A stretch of 64,000 nt of DNA from assembly GCA_028867075.1 (NCBI GenBank), contig JAGWGZ010000001.1, forward strand, positions 26,660-90,659. The letters run 5' to 3'. A model generated the notes under the pieces. That model did no database searches and was not told the DNA's origin. It saw nothing but the letters and a program-made list of their open reading frames with translations. The position numbers and the translations under genes are program-made. Origin of the DNA: Nanobdellota archaeon (lineage in GTDB: Archaea; Nanobdellota; Nanobdellia; Pacearchaeales; GW2011-AR1). The number at the start of each line of letters is the position of its first letter. The stretch's first letter is position 1. This document shows positions 9,568 through 18,200 of the stretch, piece after piece.

Positions 9568-9885
9568 TTAGTATGTCCCCGTTAGAATCTTAAATATTAA
9601 TGCCAATGTTATAACTATTACCCCAACAATATATCCTTCTTTAAAGTCGGGGATATACTTCATATATCTTGCAGTTCCGAAATAAGTTCCGGCACTGATT
9701 AAATAATAAAAAGTCAGTTGTAACAGCAATGAATGATAACCAGATATGGGAAATAAAAAATATTTTATATTATAAATAAGTCCATCTGCTATCAGGCTTA
9801 CTCCTCCAGAACCCAAAAGGCCTAAGAAGAAAAAACCGGTAAAATTTGGAAGAGTTGTAGTTTTCTTCTTGCGATTATTTTTCAT
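9568..9885 (-). CDS. hypothetical membrane protein (3 TM)
   Basis: 105-aa hydrophobic, AT-rich ORF just downstream of tRNA-Val. Confidence 0.6.
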   Translation of the reverse strand: MKNNRKKKTTTLPNFTGFFFLGLLGSGGVSLIADGLIYNIKYFLFPISGYHSLLLQLTFYYLISAGTYFGTARYMKYIPDFKEGYIVGVIVITLALIFKILTGTY

Positions 9886-9916
9886 ATTATCATCCGGAAT
9901 CTTTTATTTATAAAAA

Positions 9917-9988
9917 TGGTCCCACGCAGAATCGGACTGCGGTCTCGTCCACGTCAAGGACGCGTCTTAGCCACTGGACTATGGGACC
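9917..9988 (-). tRNA. tRNA-Val(GAC)
   Basis: GGTCCCA/TGGGACC acceptor, CGTCC-TTGACGT-GGACG anticodon arm, T-loop TCCGATT. Confidence 0.92.
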
Positions 9989-10025
9989 GCGAGGACACCC
10001 ATCGTTTCCTTCGCTTAATCTTCCT
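9989..10025 (-). repeat. leader hairpin motif upstream of tRNA-Val
   Basis: Minus strand AGGAAGATTAA-GCGAAGGAAACGATGGGTGTCCTCGC ending at tRNA +1. Confidence 0.7.
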
Positions 10026-10073
10026 TTAAAAGATTATAAAAATATTTAAATATGAAGCGCATTTAAATCTATC

Positions 10074-10265
10074 ATGGCAAGGTTAAAAGGGCTGATGTTT
10101 CTTCTTTATCTGATTTTTGGATTGTATTTTATAAACTATTCACTCAACTTAATTACTCTTCCAGGCTTTTTTTCAAGCATAGACCAATGGATAATCCTCG
10201 TCGGCGGACTGCTGATAATTCTCGGCGGGATCAACCAGATGGGATTGAACAAATTTGCCCCGTAA
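10074..10265 (+). CDS. small 2-TM membrane protein
   Basis: 63 aa with two hydrophobic helices, TTTAAATA upstream, first gene before the surface-protein pair. Confidence 0.7.
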   Translation: MARLKGLMFLLYLIFGLYFINYSLNLITLPGFFSSIDQWIILVGGLLIILGGINQMGLNKFAP

Positions 10266-10305
10266 TCACACTAAGATTTATATATCTCTTTCTCATCATT
10301 TTCCC

Positions 10306-12213
10306 ATGAAGCCGGAGGTGACTTATAGAAGGAATTTTGCTTCAAAAAGAGCTCATTCACACTTATTTTGCAGTTTTTTTCTGAAAAATCGCAGAGGCCA
10401 GGTTACGCTTTTTGTCATTCTTGCAATAATAATCCTTGCAGCTGTCGCAGGATTCTTGATTTATAAGAGTACCTTGCCGCCGGTTGTCCAGATTCCATCG
10501 GAGTTTCAGCCGATTTACAATACTTTCCTTTCATGCGTTCAAAGCACAACCCTTTCCGGGATAAGCATTCTTGAAAGTCAAGGGGGTTATATCTATCTTC
10601 CTGCATTTCAGCAGGGCTCCTCGTACATGCCGTTTTCATCGCAGCTTAATTTTTTGGGGAACCCGATTCCTTATTGGTATTACGTCTCAGGAAATAATAT
10701 AGCGACACAACAAGTTCCGTCCGAATCCGGAATGGAAGCGCAGCTCGCGCAGTTTATTAACCAGAATATAAGAAACTGCAATCTCGCACAGTATACTGAT
10801 GAAGGATATGTTGTTCAGATGGGTCAGCCAAGTGCAAGCGTCAGCATAAAATCAGATACTGTTGATGTGAATCTTGCAATGAACATGAACATCAGTAAGG
10901 GGAACTCAAGCATTTTTGTAAGCAACCACAATTCAAATGTGAACTCCGAACTCGGAAACTTATACTCTGATGCGCAGACAGTTTACCAATATGAACAATC
11001 AAATATGTTCCTTGAAAATTATACTCTTGATACAATCAGAAATTATGCTCCTGTCGACGGGGTTGACATAAAATGTTCCCCCGAAGTTTGGAATGCTTAT
11101 GGCATTGTCGCAAACCTAAGCCAGGCAATCCAGGACAATATAATGTCCCTTCATACAGGGAATAATGCAACGGATTATTTTTCATTGAAGATTCCTGTTC
11201 AGAATGTGAGATTTTTGACTTCTTCAGGTTGGCCAAGCGATTATGAAATTAATCCCTCTGAAGGAAGCCTGCTTGTTGCACAGCCGATAGGAAATCAGCA
11301 GGGACTGGGCTTATTGGGATTCTGTTATGTTCCTTATCATTTTGTATATGATGTAAAATACCCGGTCCTTGTGACTTTGCAAAGAGGAAGTGAAATTTTC
11401 CAATTCCCGTTTGCCGTCGTTATTCAGGGAAATGAGCCGCGGACATCTCTTGTTGGAAATGCGACATCTGTTTCAGCCCCTGTGCTCTGCCAGAATGAGA
11501 ATACAAATATGACTGTAAGCGTCCAGGATTCAAATTCAAATCCGGTAGATGCGAATATTTCCTACGAGTGTTTCGGAGAAACATGCAGCATCGGGGAGAC
11601 CAGATCAGGGAGCATTAATGCTCTTTTCCCCCAATGCGTCAATGGTTATGTCCTTGCCTCTGCCCCAGGATTTGTAACCGGGAAATATCAGCTCACAACC
11701 ACACAATCAGGAAGCATTTCTGTTGTGCTGAATAAGTTGTATAACGAATCTGTTGATTTGCAGATTGACGGAAAGGAATATACCGGAAACATGGCTCTTA
11801 TTACCTTCACATCTTCGGATGGAAGTTCGCAGACAATTAATTATCCCGCTCAAAAGAGCATAGGCCTGAGCGAGGGAGATTACACAATACAGGTTTCTGC
11901 TTATGATAACTCTTCAATAAATCTCGGCGCGACTACCGGACAGCAATGCATTAATGTAGCCGGGAATGCAGTGGAAGGAGCTTTGGGCGTGACACAGCAG
12001 CAGTGTTTTAGTGTAAATGTTCCAAGCCAGGTAATATCAAGCGCTCTTTCGGGAGGAGGACAAGCAGAGACTTATATCTTTGAATCAGACCTCCAGAATT
12101 CAAACACGATCAGGATAAATGCCCAATCTCTCCCTGCACCGACAACCATAGCACAACTCCAGAATAATTATGTTCTGCTTGAAAATAAAACAGTATCGGT
12201 AAATTTTGCATAA
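10306..12213 (+). CDS. surface protein with class III (type IV pilin-like) signal peptide
   Basis: KNRRG/QVTLFVILAIIILAAVAGFLIY; S/N/Q/T-rich beta-type body with paired Cys; ATG 10306 is 29 nt after TTTATATA. Confidence 0.8.
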   Translation: MKPEVTYRRNFASKRAHSHLFCSFFLKNRRGQVTLFVILAIIILAAVAGFLIYKSTLPPVVQIPSEFQPIYNTFLSCVQSTTLSGISILESQGGYIYLPAFQQGSSYMPFSSQLNFLGNPIPYWYYVSGNNIATQQVPSESGMEAQLAQFINQNIRNCNLAQYTDEGYVVQMGQPSASVSIKSDTVDVNLAMNMNISKGNSSIFVSNHNSNVNSELGNLYSDAQTVYQYEQSNMFLENYTLDTIRNYAPVDGVDIKCSPEVWNAYGIVANLSQAIQDNIMSLHTGNNATDYFSLKIPVQNVRFLTSSGWPSDYEINPSEGSLLVAQPIGNQQGLGLLGFCYVPYHFVYDVKYPVLVTLQRGSEIFQFPFAVVIQGNEPRTSLVGNATSVSAPVLCQNENTNMTVSVQDSNSNPVDANISYECFGETCSIGETRSGSINALFPQCVNGYVLASAPGFVTGKYQLTTTQSGSISVVLNKLYNESVDLQIDGKEYTGNMALITFTSSDGSSQTINYPAQKSIGLSEGDYTIQVSAYDNSSINLGATTGQQCINVAGNAVEGALGVTQQQCFSVNVPSQVISSALSGGGQAETYIFESDLQNSNTIRINAQSLPAPTTIAQLQNNYVLLENKTVSVNFA

Positions 12214-15200
12214 ATGAAAAATAAAATGATGCTGAGAATTGAAATTTTATTAGTGGTAGCTGCTGCACTCTCACTCATATTGTTTGCAAATCCTGTTCTT
12301 GCATTCTCTGATTCAACTTTTCAGACCTCTGCATTTAACAATCTTATTTCTCCAACCGCAAGTTCTGGTTTTGACAATTCAATGTGCCAACAAGGGCAGG
12401 ATTTTATCCTTCAGATCTCTCCGACAGGATGCATGCCTGCAGTTGTAAGGAGCGATTTGCTTGAACAGCAGGATGTTCCCGTAATGTGCCCTATTGTAGC
12501 GACGCAGATAAATCCCCTGATAAGCGTAAATTCAATACAGGGAATGACTATTTCTGTTTCAGGAAATGCTTCCCGGTATGTCAATACTGCCGGATTTTAT
12601 CCTGCACAGGCAGCTCTTAACTTGCAGGGGCAGCAGAACACATATCCCCTCCTGAGCAATGTAGGATATGCTGTTATAGACCTGAAGCAGATGCCGAACG
12701 AATCTTCAATGCCTGACTTTGTATCAGGAAATCTGACAGCGACGATAAATTACAATGCGCAGAACATTTTTGGGGGAAATTCCAATTTTTACATTCCTGT
12801 AATGTCTGATTCTGACTGGCAGAATAATTATCCGGATTATAATTTCTGGAATAGTAAAGGCTATCTGAGAGTGACCAGCATACAAAATGACAATGCAAAC
12901 ATAAATGTTTACGGGACAAATCTGAATCAGCTTTCAAGCCTTAATCTCAAGACAGGCCAGACATCAGGCAACATTGCCATTCCTGGATTTGACTTTTGTT
13001 CTGCAACAATGCAGATTAAACTGAACAGTTTGCAGAATGCAAACACAATGGCTAATCTTGAAGTGAACGGGAATCCAGTTACTGTTGAAAAAGGCGGGCA
13101 GTTTATCGATAACAACTGTCAGGTTTCAAACATTTATCAGCAGGGGCTTTCTCAGGATGTGCAGATAGGATGCAATACTGATTCTGGAAATAAAAATTTT
13201 GACCTGAGGGTTGCACCGAAATTAGTCATGAATATTAATGGGCAGACAAGAACAGTCGGCCTTGGCGATTATCTGTACACCATTCCGGGCGATCCTAACG
13301 CAATAACAGACGCGGGAAAATCAGTTTTCCTTGCTTATATCGGAAGCAATAACACGAAAGGCGATCTGAACGGATTGTATGTTTACCTTGTTGCACTCCC
13401 AAAAAATGCGTTGCAGAGTGAGAGCTCTCTTACTAACGATGAGCTTTCTTCAATAGCAAGCTGGGTTCAACATGAAAATCTGGACTTCAAGGTAGGAATG
13501 AGTGGAATTTTGAGCGGCCTGCTTGATGTTGGGAAAGTTTTTGCCGGAACTACTGAATCGATTCTGAGGTATATTATCTCAGGGCAGGATCTTGCTCTTT
13601 TGCCTTATAATCCTTCAATGATAGCATCCAATCAGAATATTCCTCCCTTTCAGCAGGGCGCGGAACAGAGCGTGAGTATTGTGAGTTTTGCAGCAGGAAG
13701 CGATATGCTCCTTCAATCTCCTGTGAATCAATATTACCAGAATGCAACAAAAGATTATCAGGCAATACAAAATAATTACAAAACAGAAACATATTCTTCT
13801 GCAGGAACAGCAACTCTTGGAGAACAAGCCCTATATCAGCAAATGTCTCTTGCTTATAATCTTGGAGAGAAATATACGCTGAATACTCTTTGCAATCAGT
13901 TTGAGCAGCAATACCCGAAATCAACTTATGATACAAGCTTCTGCAGCGGTTTGCAGATTTCAAGCCAAACATCAGCAAGCCAGTTGATTTCCATAAATGG
14001 GCAATCATACCAGATAAATCTTAAAAGCGTTTATACTCCGACGTACAATGATTATGGGGCACAGATTCTTGTTAAGTATAAGGACGGGAGTTCAAAACAA
14101 TTTGATTTGGGTCAGAATGAGATGCAAACCATAAATGATACCTCCGGAGAATTTATGCAACTTGTTTCACTCACTCCAACCACAGCAACAGTTTCCGGGA
14201 ATATAAAAGCGTTCTCTTCCAATACTGTGACTCTGACAGAGAATGTTCCTGCAGTGTTCGGTAATTATGTGCTTACATTACAGAACGTGAATCTCAAACA
14301 ATTTGCAGACATCTCTGTTATTTCAAATCTTAACACTGCCGGCGCCAGGGCAAATGTTTCATTCAATATCAGCATTGAAAAAAGGCTGATACAGCTAAAT
14401 CCGGACAAGGTAAAACAGCAGATTTCAGATCTTAATTCAACAATTTCAACATGGGAGAGCATTGCGAACACGACCGGCACGGTTGTCCAGGCATTGGGAA
14501 CAGTTTGCCAGGATGTTGGAATAGGTCTGACTGTAAAAAATCTTCTTACAAATCTTTTCACAATGACGGGAACTGCAAGACAGATCGTGATGACTGGCGC
14601 GGGGGGATGGAACTCAAAATGCCAGACCCTCATTAATAACGGAAAATATTCCACTCTTGACCAGTGTTTTAATGACAATTCAAAGCAGATAGACTCCGAT
14701 GTAAGTCAGATGAGCCAATTCATGCAGAGCCAGAATGCAGGGATACAGAATCTGCAAAAAGATTATACGCAGCCTGCAAGCAACATTGTCGGGCAGGTTT
14801 TCCAGGGAAGCACAGTCAATACAGACAAGTTCATGAGCAGTTATCTTCCGCAGATTCAGTCATGTCTTGCTAATATGGGAACGGTTGCAAGCTCCTCAGA
14901 CTCAAGCAAGACAATAACATCTTCTCAGGCGCAGAACCTATTGATTTACCAGTATTATACAAATAATTTCTTCAGCCTTTCTGACGCGCGAAATGTTGAA
15001 TTGTACTGCAACATACTGAATTCTAATGACGCAAGCACTTCATTGAAGGCAATAGCACAACAAGGGATGTATTCAACACTTTCTGGAATCCAGCAAAATT
15101 CAAACACTTTCCAGCAACAACAGACTATTGCAGCAAAGCTAAATGTTCCAAGCAGTGTTGTTTTCACGGGCTCTCTGCAGCAGAATTCCAGGCCGATATC

Positions 15201-18200
15201 AATAACAGCCCCACAATCTTTTGGAACAAGTCCGTTTACAAACACAAATCTAAATGGTTTACCAGCCGGTTCTCATTGCGACTCCAATCCCCAATGCCAG
15301 AGCGGAGATTGCGATCCAACATTGAAGGTCTGCATTGGTAATCCTTCAATCGATCCAAGCAGTTATTACTTCATTTACAATGATCAGAGCAGTAGCAATT
15401 CATACCTGGTTGATTATAACGCAGATGGAATTGTTCAGGGAACTTATCTTATTAACACTGCAAGCAATACCCTTTCTCAGATAACAGATGCAAAAGGAAA
15501 TATTCAGAAGAATTATTTTAATTTTGCCATCAAGATTTATTCTGCGGGGAGCTACCAGAATGAATACAAGAACCCGACTGTCCAATATTTTGAAACCTCG
15601 CCATATCAGGGAATGCCTGCAATTGTTCCGTTTGATTTGAAGAACGGGTGGTATGCTGCTGTCCGGCAGGTTCTTCCGACAGGAGGGAATAGCGCGACAC
15701 AGTCATATACAGCGGCAGGACAAGTGCAAAGTTTCTATTTATGCAATGTCGGCCCAAACGGGTTGGAAGATGGAATAAACAACGGAGATGATATTTGCGA
15801 GGGAATAAATCTCGGAACAAACCAGCCATACAATCAGTTCCCCGGAATTACCGATCCGAACCAGGCTTCACAGTTGGTTAACAGTGCAGAGTCTGCCATA
15901 AAACAGGCTGCACAGGCAAGGGCAAACAATCCAAGCGGTTTGACTTATGTCACTATAAATAATCAGAGAATAAAAGTAGGTGCACCCGCAACTTCCACAC
16001 CGCAGATACAGTGCACTGATTTCATGTCTCCGACTGATTGCAACATCCTCTTCAATGCCTGCGACCCTGTTGTCTGTCCCGCAAGCAGATGCGACTTCGG
16101 TGGAGCTTATCATGTTCAGGATGTTGTGCAAAGCGGAATAATAGGAAGCATTGCTTTGTGCCTTCCGAATTATAAAGAAGGAATCGCAGTGCCCGTCTGC
16201 CTTACAGGAATCCAGGCAGGTGTGGAGAATATAATTTCGTACCAAAAAGCATACAGAGATTGCCTTCAGAATAATCTTAACACGGGACAAACGACAGGAA
16301 TCTGCAATGAGATATTAAGTATTTATCTTTGCCAGGATTTGTGGCAGCAGGCGCAACCTCTTGCAAATCTCGCAGTCTCAAAAGTTACGCAGACTGTTTT
16401 AGGGCAGAATAATGCCGGCGGGGGAGAATATATGTCTGTACAAAATGCTTACAATACTGCGCAGCAATCGTTCAACTATATCACTAATTACTATGCTTCC
16501 AGTTCTTCAAAGTCTTTCAGCAGTCTGTCAACACAGAATCTAGGGGCGACTGTCTGCCAGAATTTCCCATCAATCGTATTTCCGAACAGCGCAAACATGC
16601 TCACGCAGCTTTCAGCTATTGATTCTCCACCTCAGTTTTCAGGAAATTTCCAGGAGATTCCTTTCTCAAGCGCGACTGTCCCACCGACTTCGCAATACCA
16701 AGTTTATTATCACATCTATGCGGGGCAGAACTCAGGTGCTTATTACAGTGTTTATTTGCAAAGATCTTCTGGAAGCGGAAGCTCTTACTATCAGGATACT
16801 TCTGCTATACGGCAGACTGATTCCGGTTATATTGACACCGGCAGTTACCAAGACCAGACAAAAGATTTCACGGCGCCTTCCGGATATGACCAGTTGTGCA
16901 TAAATGTCAACGGGCAGGTTGACTGCGGATTCAAGCAGGTGTCAACATCTCTAGTGCCAAATTACATTCAGGCGCAATACCTTGCGGACCAGGCAAATAA
17001 TACACAGATAACAACTGAATCGCAGTGCGTTTCAGGAACAATTGACACTTCAAGTTTGTTACAGGCTTTGAATCCGAATGTCCAGAATGCAGTGCAGAAT
17101 GCTGCAAGCCCGCAACTTTACAATCAGGGAATAACAAGAATCTGCGCTACAGGAAATCCAGGACAGGGAAGCGATCCTTATGCAGGAACGCAGAATTCAC
17201 GATGGATTAAAGTAGGTTCATGCGGAAGCCAGAATCTTTCATGCTGGCTTGATACACAAAGCGTTAAGAATGCCATTAATGCTCCGGACTTAGCGTCTTA
17301 TCTTGCAAACGGAACAACGCAAAATCTGGGAAATGCAACGTTGCAAAGCCTGCAGTCCAGTTATCTTTCTGTTCTATTGAGCCAAAGCGGATATTTGAGC
17401 AATGACCAGTTTACAAGCAGTATACAGGATATTCAGTCGCAGACAGATTTAACGCAGAAAATAAACACAATAAATAATGTAATAAATAAAGTGTTCTATA
17501 ATAATCAGAAAGCATATCTGCTTTTCCTTAGGGGACTGGCTTATGGACAGCTGGCTCTGAAATCTTATTCAGCAAGTATTCCGGCCAGTGGTGCAGGCCA
17601 ATTTACAAGTTATCAGGATTGCATGTCTAAGATTGCAAGCAACTCTGTCTGCAGTGCAATGTTCCCTGTTTCTTCTGGACAGGGGAATTCACAGGGGGCT
17701 CCAACAGGAACGCTCCTGCCTGTTGGTTCTGCTTGCACAAAGGATTCTGATTGCCAGAGCGGGAGTTGTGTTGACACCGGAGATGCAACACTTGGAAAGA
17801 GATGCGCCGCTTCAACAAACATTCCCAACGGGGTTACTCTCTCAAGCCTTTCAAATGCAATGTCTTCACCGGAACTTAACTGTCAGTGCGGAAATAACTG
17901 CGAGCAGTATGCGCAATCCTTAATCAATGCCGCAAACACATATCATGTTAATCTTGTTCTCTTGCTTTCAATCATGGTCCAAGAATCTCATTGCAATGTT
18001 AATGCACAAACTTCTCCTGATTCTTCAGGATATTCTTCAATTGGATTAATGCAAATTTATAACAGCCCAAGTAACCTTCAGCAATATTGCGTTGGAAAAA
18101 TAAGCGGGATAAGCAGTGCAAGTGATATAACCGGTGCTGTAAATTATGATAAGAACATCCAGTGTGGCGCTTCTGTCTTGAAGAGCAAATATGCAGAGAG

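Noticed and set aside
9989-10025. Leader hairpins as hammerhead ribozymes (GAAAC...GUC resembles stem III and cleavage site)
   Set aside because: No CUGANGA core or stem II upstream in any copy
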